Notes under the pieces: generated by a model
Told to the model about the DNA's origin: nothing
Databases searched by the model: none
The model's input: only the letters and a program-made list of their open reading frames with translations
Assembly (NCBI RefSeq): GCF_009914755.1
Contig: NC_060934.1
DNA length: 64,000 bases
Reading direction: 5' to 3' (one strand)
Origin: the human T2T-CHM13v2.0 reference genome, Homo sapiens
Made by a program: the position numbers and the translations under genes
Shown: piece by piece, positions 15,765 to 27,875 of the stretch
How positions within the stretch are numbered: the first letter of the stretch is position 1
Layout: every line of letters begins with the position of its first letter

Positions 15765-16067
15765 GTGTGTGCATGTGTGTATATGCATATGTGTTTGAGT
15801 GTGTGTGTTTGCTCAGGTCACCCAGCAGTATGTGGGAGGCTGGAATGTGAACCCACGTCTCCTGCCTCCAAATGCAGTATTGACACGCTGTTCAGTAGAA
15901 GAAACAAAATAAGCTGTTGAGTAGAAGAAACCAAAGAAGCTGTTTAGTAGATGAAGGGACAGAAGCCCCTGTTTCCAGGGAAAAGCCCTCAACAGGGTGG
16001 AAGGTGACCAGAGGATGGCGTCAACTGCTGAGAGCTGTGTACGTGGCTCTGTGAGGGGCAGGGATGA
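15765..16067 (+). repeat. Inverted duplication, left arm
   Basis: Ungapped reverse-complement match to 17498-17800; 11 mismatches counted over 15799-16058. Confidence 0.97.
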
Positions 16068-16149
16068 ACACATGAACACACCACTTGCATTTGGCAGTGC
16101 AACAGGAACACACAGGCCACAAAACGGAAGCACTGAGGAAGGGGTGTCC

Positions 16150-16570
16150 ATCAGTCCCCTGTAAGGACTGATGGTGCGGAAGGCTTCCCAGAGGACCAGA
16201 GGGGACAGCCGGCTTTAGCCAGAAGCCAGGCAGAAGGACATATCCAGCAGAAGGCACAGTTTGGGTAAAGACACAGCTATGGGAACACAGTCATGGGAAC
16301 TTCTGAGTTTCAATGTAAGAGAAGCTCTTACAAGAACTATTTCTGGAGAGAGGCAGGGCAGGGGCTGGGACCAGATCACGTGGGGTCTCCCAAGCCAGGC
16401 TGGCTTTTGTCAGGGGAATGACATGATCAGGCCCCGAACTGGACTTCCCTCAATGTGGACGGTAGAGGGGCGGGGCGGTGGGGCGGGGTGGGGCAGGGAG
16501 CAGGGGTGGCAGGAGGGAGCCCAGTCAGGCAGCCACTGCAACCTTCTGGAAGCCGTCTAAGATGAGACGG
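16150..16570 (-). mobile_element. L2 fragment
   Basis: gaaggcttcccagagg...cagatcacgtggggtct...gggaatgacatgatcag. Confidence 0.55.
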
Positions 16571-16574
16571 CCAC

Positions 16575-16688
16575 CAAGGTAACCAACTGTCTTGGTTTGC
16601 CCAGGGTGGAGGGAGCTCCCAGGACTTAAGACTTTTAGCTTTAAAACCAGGAGAACCCTGGGCAAACAGGGACAAGTTGGCCCCCCTG
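16575..16688. mobile_element. MER81 (hAT-Blackjack MITE)
   Basis: ~114 bp with terminal inverted repeats aggtaaccaactgtcttggtttgccc / gggcaaacagggacaagttggccccc. Confidence 0.8.
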
Positions 16689-16695
16689 CTGGCCA
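16679..16695 (-). promoter_or_regulatory. CTCF-like motif
   Basis: Minus strand TGGCCAGCAGGGGGGCC, one mismatch from core. Confidence 0.5.
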
Positions 16696-17497
16696 CTAAG
16701 ACAGACATGTCTGCCACTTAACCTCGCATAACTTCACTTTTCTCATTTGGGATCACAGCCCACATTAGCAATGTTCAAGTGAGTTTCAGTAGCATAGCAC
16801 CTTCAGACAAAATCTTACACGGAAAAGTTGGTAGAGAAAGCACCCAAAACTGGAGCCCCCAGGAGGAAGTAGAGGATGGGATGGGGTGGGGGGTGAAGGA
16901 CCGACATGCTCACACCCTCAGGCCCTGACCCACCTCTGCAAAACCACAGCGTTTGACAGCCATTGGCCTAGATGGTCAGAGGGTCTCATGACTACATTCA
17001 TTTGTTGAACTGAAAACCCAACTGAATTAAAATCAATGATCTGGTTCAACTGCAGACTATGCTAAAGAATAAAATAATAAATCCACTCCCAAATTGGCCC
17101 ACCTCTTTGAACTGGAACTAAATCCATACGGTTTCTCCAATTATTGTCTTGGAATAAAATCTAATCCCCCTATGAACTGACCTTGAACCAATGGTCATTT
17201 TCTTCTGCTTGAGTTCTTGACAAGGCACCGCACAGCCAGACCCATCCACAGACATCCTCCGCAGCCTGGGCCATGGTCAGGGAGTGGCCGACAGGGCCCA
17301 CTGGCGAGATGCCCAGGGCGCTGCTGACTCTTACTGGGCCCCCTGCCACCCTTGGGGGCCTGACTACCACTCCCACAGCCTGGTCAGGAAACCTGTGTCA
17401 CTGACGGAGGATTAAAGGAATCTCCCACTCCTGGACATGGATGTGACTGGCTTTGCCCTGATCCTCAGGCAACTGGCCAGCCCTGAGCCTTGGCCCA

Positions 17498-17800
17498 TCT
17501 TCACTACCCCTCACAGAGCCACGTTCACAGCTCTCAGCAGTTGACAGTTTCCTCTGGTCACCTTCCACCCTGTTCAGGGCTTTTCCCTGAAAACAGGGCC
17601 TTCTGTTCCTTCATCTACTAAACAGCTTCTTTGGTTTCTTCTACTCAACAGCTTATTTTGTTTCTTCTACTGAACAGCGTGTCAATACTGCATTTGGAGG
17701 CAGGAGACGTGGGTTCACATTCCAGCTTCCCACATACTGCTGGGTGACCTGAACAAACACACACACGCACACACATATATGCATACACAAATGTGCACAC
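17498..17800 (-). repeat. Inverted duplication, right arm
   Basis: Reverse complement of 15765-16067. Confidence 0.97.
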
Positions 17801-20024
17801 ACACGCACACGCACACTCATGCGCACAGACACAATGGGGTTATTCCTCTGTTCTTACAAGGCCTGGTGCCATGGAAAGGGAACTACAAGCTCCTAATAGA
17901 GAACGTTATTAAACCTCCTAGCTTTTGGAAATCTCAAAGCATGCTGCCCTGGCCTCCAGAGGTGGCCTGCTAAGCCCACACCGGCCCTGTGCCTCACCTG
18001 CAGTGACAGCCACTTGCTGGTCTATCTCTCCTCAAGACTCCATGAAGGAGGGTGCAGGGCTGTCTCCAAGTGCTTCACACCAGGTAGGTGCTCAGCGCGT
18101 GCTTAGTGAGCAACCCACTCCCCTTCATTCAGAAAGATTTAGTGAGAACTCATAGGCCAGGCCCTGTTCCAGATGCTGGTAATAATACAGCAGTGAACAG
18201 AACAGACAAAAACCTCTCCCTATGTGCCATTTACATTCTAGCAGGTGAATGAAAAAGTGGGTGGGTGAAGGATTTTCGTCGCCATGGTTTGTTTTTTTCC
18301 AGGGTATCAATGAAGAAACCCATTTCCTCCAACACTCATTCCATCTCTCCTTCCTAATACCCAGCATGGAAAAGGATGAACTAGAAACCCGCTTCTCCCA
18401 GAAAATGAGAGATGAACAAGCTGATACCATGGGCAACTGGCTTCTTGCCAATACAGGGTTCAGGTGAAAGCTATGGATGGCTCTAGCTTCGGTACCAGCC
18501 AAGTTCATTCCCTTAGCACCAAGTTGGCCTTAGTGAGAAATAAAAGCCTTCTGTGGTGGCCCCAGCCTCTCCCCCAACTTACCCCCAGTTCTGAGAGCTG
18601 ATGACCCTCACCCCTGGCTGGCTCCATCATGGGGAAGCTCACAGAGGCTTGGTGAGGGGGTGGGGGTGCCAGCAAGTCACAGGTGCCTACCATGAAAGGG
18701 TTAGACTGGGTGGATTCTTCAGTCATCCCCTGCTCCTAGACCCCACTGTGTCCTGAGAGCAGGGGTCTCAGCTCTCCCCGAAACCTGGGCACCCACCAGT
18801 GGGAACTGAGCCTTTGTGGGGAGAGGGAGCCAGGAGCTACCCGGCAAGCTTTGCCACAACCCCTGCTGCGCTCACTGGGAGTCTCTGTTTTTCATTCGGA
18901 TGCCAGTAGATACCACGAAACTCAAAAATCCCTTGCACTCCATCTCCGCGATGGATTCTTGGCTGGAAAAAATGGGGTCCTTTACAGAGTGCTTGGTACC
19001 TTGTCCCACAGTCCAGGGTAGCCTGAGCCCAGCAGTAATGTCTGTCACCTGACAGGTCTCAAGTCTATACTAACCCCTTCTCCATTCAAATGCAAACTCT
19101 GAGGAAGACTCATCGGAATGCAAACAGCAAGAAAGTCATCTAAAGTTGCAGCCTTGAAGCCTTGAAAAATTCTCATTTCTCTCCTGATGCACAGAACTGC
19201 AGCCGGGGGTGCTGGGGGCAGGGGCGACAGAGCAGAAGGGCTTCGAAAATCACATTTCCTTGCTCGGAACTCTGTCCGCCTGCAATTTGCTCTGATTCTC
19301 TGTCTTTTTGTCTGCTGCAGAGGGATGTGAATCACAGTTAAATTCTACCAAATAAATGAGCTATGTGTTAAAGTTCTGTAAAACCTACAATTTTAGAAAG
19401 GCTTGATGTGGTTGACACTAAATTGATTTCAACACATCCTATTTCCGGTCTAATGCTGGGCCTTTCATCCAGAACAAACATGTGCATAATGGCTGGATTC
19501 TAAGGGAATGGACTCGGTAAAAATACATAGGCAGCACAGGCACTCACATTAATTTTCTTCCTTTTTTAAATGAAAAGAGATGGTGTGTTTTACTTCTCAA
19601 TGATTAATTTCCCATAAAGTTTTCATGGCACATCCATCGGAGGTTTTCAGGTGTAAACAACCAATCACGCTGCAAACTGAAAGCTCACCTTTGGGTTTTC
19701 ATTTTAATCAGCAACAGAAACCTGATGCTTGCCAAGGGCAGGAGATTGTCCTGAGTGTTAAGAGCCCCCATCCCGAGGGGGTTCACAGGGAAGTTGGAGA
19801 AAGGGAGTTCCTAGCATCTGGTCACCTCACACTGAAAAAACGAACAGCTGCCTTGCACTGGATCTAAATTCAAGCATTCCCACGAGCGCAATAGCTCAGA
19901 AGGACCCAACAACCACAAAAATAAATTGCACAGAGAAAGAAAAAAAGCATATTTATTATACTCAAACCTAATACGTGGTAAGTTTAATAGCTTTGTGGCA
20001 AATTTATACACGTCATAAAATATC

Positions 20025-20890
20025 ATAGAACTATTCACCAAAAGAAAAAAAAAAGCGCATGTAAAATCTGGCAAAATCCAAATAAAGCTTACTTAATAGT
20101 ATTGTACCAAAGGCAATCTCCTGGCTTTGATCTTTGTCCTGTGGTTAGGTGGGAAGCCATCTCTGGGGGACGCTGGGTGAAGGGTACACCAAGTATACCC
20201 TTTTTTGTGTCCAGAAAGTGTACAACCAATGGCTGTACTATGTTTGCAACTTCTGTGTGAGTCTAAAATCATTTCAAAATGAAAGTTTAAAAAAATGTGT
20301 GGGCTGGGTAGAATGGAAACAGGCCTGCTAGCCACCCTGGGGAGGGCATAAGCTCTGGCACGGGCCTTTGGGAGAACAAGATGGCAGCATCCACCAAAAT
20401 GTAAAACATGCTCACCCAGCAATTCAATCCTGGGAGTCCAGCTTACAAAATGACCCGACCAAGTGTATATGGGGTGTTCTTTACGGCATGGTTGTCATTG
20501 AAAAATCTAGAAATAAACTGAATCTCCCAGAGTAGGACAATAATCAGTGAACATGAGCTGCCCAGGCCCGTGGACTCCTGTGCACTCACCATAAGGAAAG
20601 CAGCCCTGCAGGAAGATATTGGTGATGCACTGCTAAGCACAAAATGTGGCCACAAAATAACATGTATCTGCGTGCATATGTCTAGGAAGATCCCATTTCC
20701 CTAAAATCTTATCTATATACACGTGCACCATATGTGATTCTGTGAGCAGGGGAACACTTGAGAGGATGCACCTTCAAGGGGTCACAGTGATTGCTTCCCG
20801 GATGGAAGGTTCTTAGCAGAGGTAACAAAGGGTCACTTTCACTTTGTTTAAAATACATTACAATGAGAATGTGTTACTTTTATAATTAGA
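20025..20890 (+). mobile_element. Old L1M 3' UTR fragments
   Basis: ggacgctgggtgaagggtacac...tttgcaacttctgtgtgagtctaaaatcatttcaaaatgaaagttt. Confidence 0.7.
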
Positions 20891-23333
20891 ACAACAACAG
20901 GAACAAAAAAAGACAATGGAGGCATGGTGGGAGACGCCAGGGTGAGTGCAAAGACTGACCAGGAAAGTCACCGGGGCCACAGGAAGGGGGCAGCTTATCC
21001 CAGAAGGCCACTGAGCAGAGGCAGGCTGCCCCGATCACGGCTTGCCTACCTCTCCCTCGCAGGGCCTTCCCACAGGAGGGACATCCTTCCCTGCCCACTG
21101 TTGGGCTTGGCCGTATCATGGGCCACAGAACATGAGCAGATGAGGTCTGCCAAGTCTGAACAGAAGTTTGAAGAGCCATGGCCTGGGTCAGCCAGATCTG
21201 TGTCTCTTCTCCCTTTGTATGTCTCTGACAGGTGTTACCCTTTCAGTCTGGGTTCCCGAACGAAGGAGACCCGTGGAACAGGGCCCAAGCCAGCTGGCAA
21301 CGACCACAGAACAGGGCAAGAAATAAAGCATGTGTGGAGTAAGCCACCGGGAGATGAGGATGTTCGTTACTGCAGCCTTACCTTATGAAAGCTGACGCAG
21401 GCGCCACGAGGCATGCGCACGCGTGCACACACACGCACGTATTAGGGAACTGACAGGTAGTTGGTATTTTCTGAGGGTATGCTGTGTGCAAAACATAGGT
21501 ACACTCGAGGCAGGGGACGAGAGGGTGTGCGGAGAGAATTCGGGAAGATGCCTGCCGACTCCTTGGGGAGCCAACATGCGTACACGCAGATATACACGTA
21601 CCCAAACACGCTGGCATGGAGCTCACAGGGGCCACGCAGAGTGGTGAGAAAAGCCAGACAGTGGGGCTGGCAAGAGACACTGTGGGGAAGAGGAAGATCC
21701 CATGGGCAAGGACCCAGGTACTGCCTTTCTGCTTCGGTATCTAACCCCGCAGGCACCCCCTGAGCTGAATCCAGGCATTCTAATAAAGCACAAAAACAAT
21801 CACTCCCAGTGTAATCGCCCTCCCCTTTAAATCAAAGGTTCCAGGAAAACACCCACCGCCTGGGGCTTCTGTGTGGGCCTTTTGTTCCTGGGAGATGCGC
21901 TCTTCCACCAGAGAAGGCCCTTCTTGGATGATATGTTCTGTGTCTCTTGGGAATGATCGGAGCGTGAACTGTATTTCCAGAAACCAGCTGTTTCTCTTCT
22001 GAATGAGGCACATCTTTGTGCAAGGCACACTCTCTTAAAGACGACAAAGGGATGTGAGCTTGACGAAGGGTGTAAATACCAAGTCTCCCTTCCCGTCTTC
22101 TCTGACTGCGTGACCACGGTTCATTCATAATGTTTCATACAAATAGGCCACTTGTCACTTTCTCCTCTAAATCTGGACATTTCTGTTTAAAGTCCACTCC
22201 CTTACCACCACCCCCTTTTGAAAATAACACAATTAAGCCATTATTAGGTCCCCCAGTAAAAGATTCAAACCCCTAAGTACACGGAGAAGCAAAATGTGAG
22301 AATCTCCCCTTAGCCCCTCCTCATCCCCACTCACAAATCACGCACTGTCTTGCAACGGCCCCTCTGTGCAGCTCCCTACGGTCGACAGGCACATACGCAT
22401 TTATAGCCTTTGCTTCCCTCCCTCCCTCTTGTCCTTCCTCCCTCCTCCCTCCAAAAAAACGATGCACGCATTTTCTTAAGCCACTCATTATTCTTATTTT
22501 CACCTGACGACGGGACGAATCTGCTCGCTTGTGGGCTGTTTGGTTCAGCAAATGCGAAATTCATCAAACACCCCAACGTGTTCAGTTAACCAGGGGAACC
22601 CATGGTTAGGGGAACTGAGGCTGGGTCCGCCGTGAAGTTGTAACAGCGGTGGCACCAGGCTCCCCGATTTGAGGGGTTGGGCCTTCGGAAAGCAAAGCTT
22701 GCAGCGTCCTATGGGGCTCACATTTCCAGAAGGGGTCGGAGAACCTTCATCCTGTAGCGGGTATACCCTCCCCGAGTCCCTGAGATTCTCGGCCAACTCC
22801 ACTCCAGGTCTCTACCTCCCCTTCCTCTCCCTTTACCCCCAGCCCCCAGCCCCAGCCACAGCGAGATCCCTCCGCTGAGGCATCAGGAACATTAGTGGGA
22901 GGAAATGTTCCTGCGTGTTCCTACGCAACAAAATCAAGTGCATGTGTAGGTGTTCTGTGTTTTTACAAACTCTCCTCCCTGGTTGTTATAAGATTAAAAC
23001 AATTTTCCCCCTCAGTAAATGCTTCCCTTCAAAACCACTGGAGGCACATAATCTCCCAGCCCATTTGCAGCTCCTATTTTCTTGGGGCTGGGAGAAAAAT
23101 AATGATTGTGGGACCTGTTTCCTTCTAAGAGGCCAGGGTTGAACAAGTGATGGACAACAGAAGTAATGTTTCAATGACAGCTCTGATCAATGTTTCTTTT
23201 ATTTTGAAGTTCAAAAAAGATAGGCGAGCCTTGCACGTCCTGTGGGAAGGCACGGATAGTGGGGATGGAGGTAAATTATCTTTTATCCCCAGTAAATTTA
23301 ATGGACACTTCCATTAAAACCGCAGGGAATGTT

Positions 23334-23650
<317 letters not shown>

Positions 23651-24514
23651 CTATTCCATTTTAAAGCTGGAGTTGAAGGTTTTTTTTTGAATTCCTAGAT
23701 CATTTTTTACTGCTGAGAAAACTAAACATTTTAGCCATGTGGCACATTTTATTTTCCTTAACAATGATGGGAAATTCACACACACCTGAGGACACAGAAA
23801 CACTACTTAAAATCACAACAGATTTCAAGGGAAAATGTACACAAAAGGAGAAAATGAAAAAGCTGTTTCCGTTGATGTTGGGCGGGGGGGTACTGACTTG
23901 TGTTTGTCCTTGAAAAAAACAAATTCACCTGTCACTGATCAACGATGCCAGTTTGCCACCATGCTACTGAAAAAGCATTCCTGCTGACTGTAAACGGCCC
24001 CATTTATGTGACTGTTTACATAATTGCACAGCGAAACATTGCAATCTTTCCAATTTAATACATGTTTTAAGAAGCCCTTCAACTACAGTGTAGGCTTCTG
24101 TAATCAAATCAAGTCTTTTCAATTAAAACACAATTAGAAAAGGTGTCAGGTTGTCACTGTTACATTTTGCTGCGTAAAAGGATTCAAGAATCACCTGGCT
24201 GGAAATCGGAGCTAACCCAGGATGCCTGAGCGTAAATGCCACCTCAGACCACCCAGGAGGGCACCTAGGCAGTGGGCCTTTGGTCCAACGTGAGAGATGC
24301 ATACTGTCATCCTTGGGCCACCTCTGTGATGGACTGAAGGCAGAGATGAAAACCCAGTGTGGCTCTCAGCTTGACCTCCAGGTGCTGACAAGTGTGTCAT
24401 GGGCCAGAAGTGGTGGGCACAAAGTTACCAGAGAGATGGCCATCTTTCCCTAGCATGAGTGACAGCACAGTGGAATTCTACAGGAAGACACTGCTGTAGA
24501 TATATATATATACA

Positions 24515-24805
24515 TTTTTGAGACTGGGTTTCACTCTTGCCCGGGATGGAGTGCAATGGCACGATCTCAGCTCACTGCAACCTCCACCTCCCCAGCTCAA
24601 GCCATCCTCTCACCTCAGCCTCCTCCTCAGTGGCTGGGACTATACAGGCTTGAGCCACCATGCCCAGCTAATTTTTGTATTTTTTTGTAGAGACAGGGTT
24701 TCATTATGTTGCCCAGGCTGGTCTGAAACTCCTGAGCTCAAGCAGTCTACCCACCTCGGCCTCCCAAAGTGCTGGGATTACAGGCATGAGCCACCTCACC
24801 TGGCC
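24515..24805 (-). mobile_element. AluJ
   Basis: Alu reverse complement with (TA)n tail. Confidence 0.92.
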
Positions 24806-25084
24806 TATTGCAGACATTTGATCTATTTCATCTTAAAGATGTGAAACAGAGCTCTCAGAAGACACAGTGTTTGCCACTAGGCCATGATATGAATCATTTT
24901 TTGACACAAGGTAAAATGTGCAGCCCCACGCCACCCCTACTGAAGGATCAGTATCTACTTAAAGCAGATATGCAAAGGTGCCCTGGCTCACAGTGCTAAG
25001 GGGCCCTCGTTCCGAGAGGCCATTGGGAGACAGAAGGTTCCCTCCCATCTCAACACATCAGGGACAGAGGTTAGATGTGGAAGG

Positions 25085-25440
25085 CTGGTGCAGGGGATTG
25101 ACCCGTGGCCCCCCAAAAGATATATCCATGTCAAATCCCTGGAGCCTGTGAATGTTATGTGGGAAAAGAATCTCTGCAGATGTAATTAAGGATTTGGAGA
25201 TAAGGAGATCGTCCTGGGTTACCCAGTTATAAATCCAGTGGCAAGCGTCTTTGCAGGAGACACAGATAGGAGAGACACACAGGTAGAGGAGAGGAGAGGG
25301 TGATGTGAAGACAGAGGTGGAGACTGGAGTGATGCAGACATCAGCCAAGGAATGCCTGGAGCATCCAGAGGGACTGTGGCCCTGCCAACACCTTGATTTT
25401 GAACTTCTGGCCACCAGAACTGGAAGAGAGTACATTTCTA
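25085..25440 (+). mobile_element. MLT1 (MLT1B/C-like) solo LTR
   Basis: cccccaaaagatatatccatgtc...gcagatgtaattaagg...ccctgccaacaccttgattttgaacttctggcc. Confidence 0.85.
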
Positions 25441-25449
25441 CCCTGCTCT

Positions 25450-25815
25450 CTGCCAAGGGAGCTACAACCAGGGGCTCTTTGACTTCTCGGTGGGCTCAGC
25501 CAGTGCAGGGCCTAGAGGGAGGGAGGAGAGAGGCCAGACATGAAATCTCTGGCTCCCTTCCACGGGGTCACTGTGAGCTGGCTGTGTTCCTCAACCTAAC
25601 GGCCATAGCTCCTTTCGAAGCAGCCCTCTCCAAGGGACTCTCTGTTTCTGGGTCCCTGGACCTGCTTTCCCCTCTTACCCCTGCAGGCTTAGAGCTCATA
25701 TCAGCCCTGGTCTTCCTGATACCCTGCTCATACCTTTGTAAACAGTCCCCGTATCCAAACATCCTCGAGTTAACTGGATTGAGTGTGCCACACATACCCT
25801 GCCAAGAGCCTGATG
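25450..25815 (+). mobile_element. ERVL LTR33-like fragment
   Basis: 3' end catacctttgtaaacagtccc...gagtgtgcca...ccctgccaagagcctga. Confidence 0.5.
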
Positions 25816-27644
25816 AGCATGCTCTGTTGATGTAGCAATGCTTCTATCTTATGGCACATTTGATCTATGTGAAGGCAAGTCTACTCCTTCAGGCCATTAG
25901 CTACTAGGTCAGCGGGTCGTCCCCATTTCTCTATGAGATAAGGGTTCTGGGGTGTCTGCGCCACTTGGAAGTAAGTGAGGCTCACAGAGGTGAACTGTCA
26001 TTAGGACAATACACCGTGAGTCTGGAGCAGAGCAAGGATCACACTGCAGCCGTTCAGCCCCAATTCTGGGCTGTTTCCTAGACTAAGCTGTAGACCAGGC
26101 ATGGCAGATTCCTGGCCCTCTGGCTACCAACGCCTCCTCATTCACAGCCTGGCTGACATCATTCTTCAATCAGGACATGCAGACTGCGCCCAGACTTCAT
26201 CCTGGGATCTTCCTCAACCCAGCTCTCTAGAAGGCAGGAGGATCAGTCAGCACTGCTGGGCAAGTGTGTCCTGCCTACTACAGTCTAACAGGCTTTAGCC
26301 TCTGGCCATCTCCTCCTACAATGTCTCCAGGGTATAATTTCCCAAGGTAGTTTCTGAGGACGCTGGTCCCCTGGGTTCCAAGACAATGCCAGCTTTTTCT
26401 TTGGAAAGACTGAAGGTTTCAGGGTTATCTGAAAGTCCCCAGGGCTTTTGGAGGAATATATAAGAGTTTGGCGAAGGGGCCTTGAGTTTTTCTGATGAGG
26501 GATGAATGCTGAGGCCCATCCTGGAGGTAGACAGTGGAGAAGGAGCTTGGCTATGAGAACAGATGTCTCAGTTGCCACTGGGAGAAGAACTCTGGTGGGG
26601 AAAGGGGGACGGGGGCTGGGGGGCAGCCAGGAAACTTCAGAGGATTTAGGAAGTTTAGATGCAAGCTGGGTGACATCACTTCCTCCTCTGTTGGTCGCCC
26701 CAAGAAATCCTCAGTAAAAATCCACATGACCACGACTGTTTTGCAGTGTGGTTTGTGTGTCTGTGGATTAACATGGTATGAGGCTGATTTCCATGGTGGG
26801 CATTTCAATCGCCCCACAAGCACACTGGAGGCCCTAAGGAGTCCTGTAGTTTAGAGAACTGCGGGACCTCAACACAGCGTTTCCTTAAACCTGTTCATTT
26901 CCAGAACCTGATTTTCATGGTGCAGCTTAATAATGCCCAGCGTGCATCCTGTTCCCCACAATGGTCTGGCGTAATTATGGCCAGATCCATGATTGTGCTG
27001 CCATCTTTATTCAAATCACAGTTGAAGAGTCCCTCCTTTGAGGGACAGAGAGCCTTTCAGATCCAGTTGGTCTCCGACTTTTGCACATCTGATGCTCCAC
27101 AGCTCACATTCCTGTACAGGGTGTATTTACAGAGGGCCCCGCACCGCCGTTCCTATGTTCAGACTTTCCTACAGTAGGCTACCGTAGGGTCACGACATGG
27201 CGGTGCCACTGACCAGGCAACAATTCAGTATCACGCCCCCAGTGGCTAGCGGGGAGTGGGAGGCAAGTCGGGAGGGGCCTCCTTCCACAGACTTCTCTTC
27301 CTCCGCTCCTTCCTCTTCCTAGAGGGCTGTCCTATGGCTCCAGCAGCATCCGGCCTGGGCACATGCTTCCTGGGACACCTGCCGATCTCTAGAGGCAGGG
27401 AAGGGGGAGGATGAGGCACATCAAAGGGCTTAAGTGGGGACTCAGGGGAGCCACTTCCCGGCACCTGGCTCAGGGGCAGAGGCTTTTCCTGACATTTTAC
27501 ATGTTGATGAGGCACAGTTACTTGCAGGTAAAGTCACCAGCATCACCAGCACAAGCCACCACTGAGGCTACTCATGACTGAAGCCCTCTGGTGATGGGGC
27601 TCCATTACCCACCTTTGCACAAAGAGGAAAGCACCCTGAACCCT

Positions 27645-27875
27645 CATGAAGGCAAAAGCTCCGGAGTCAGAGACACCTGGATTCAAAGCCAGATCTGCCT
27701 CTTTCTAGCTTGAGTTTGACCAAATTTCTAAATTTCTCAAAGCCTTAGTTTCCTTGTTTCTAAAAAGAGGGCTGAAAATAGCATTTGTGCTCTCTGTGCA
27801 AGGTGAGGATTCCACGGGAGAGCCCAGTAGAATGAGTAGCCCATGGCCTGGCACACAGGAAGTGCTCAACTGACG
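27645..27875 (+). mobile_element. MIR
   Basis: ggagtcagagacacctggattcaaa...ccttagtttcc...cctggcacacaggaagtgctcaa. Confidence 0.8.

Noticed and set aside
16702-16713. Palindromic p53 half-site AGACATGTCT
   Set aside because: No adjacent second half-site.
27232-27248. CTCF-like CCACTGGGGGCG (minus)
   Set aside because: One base short of the core spacing and lacks the AG.
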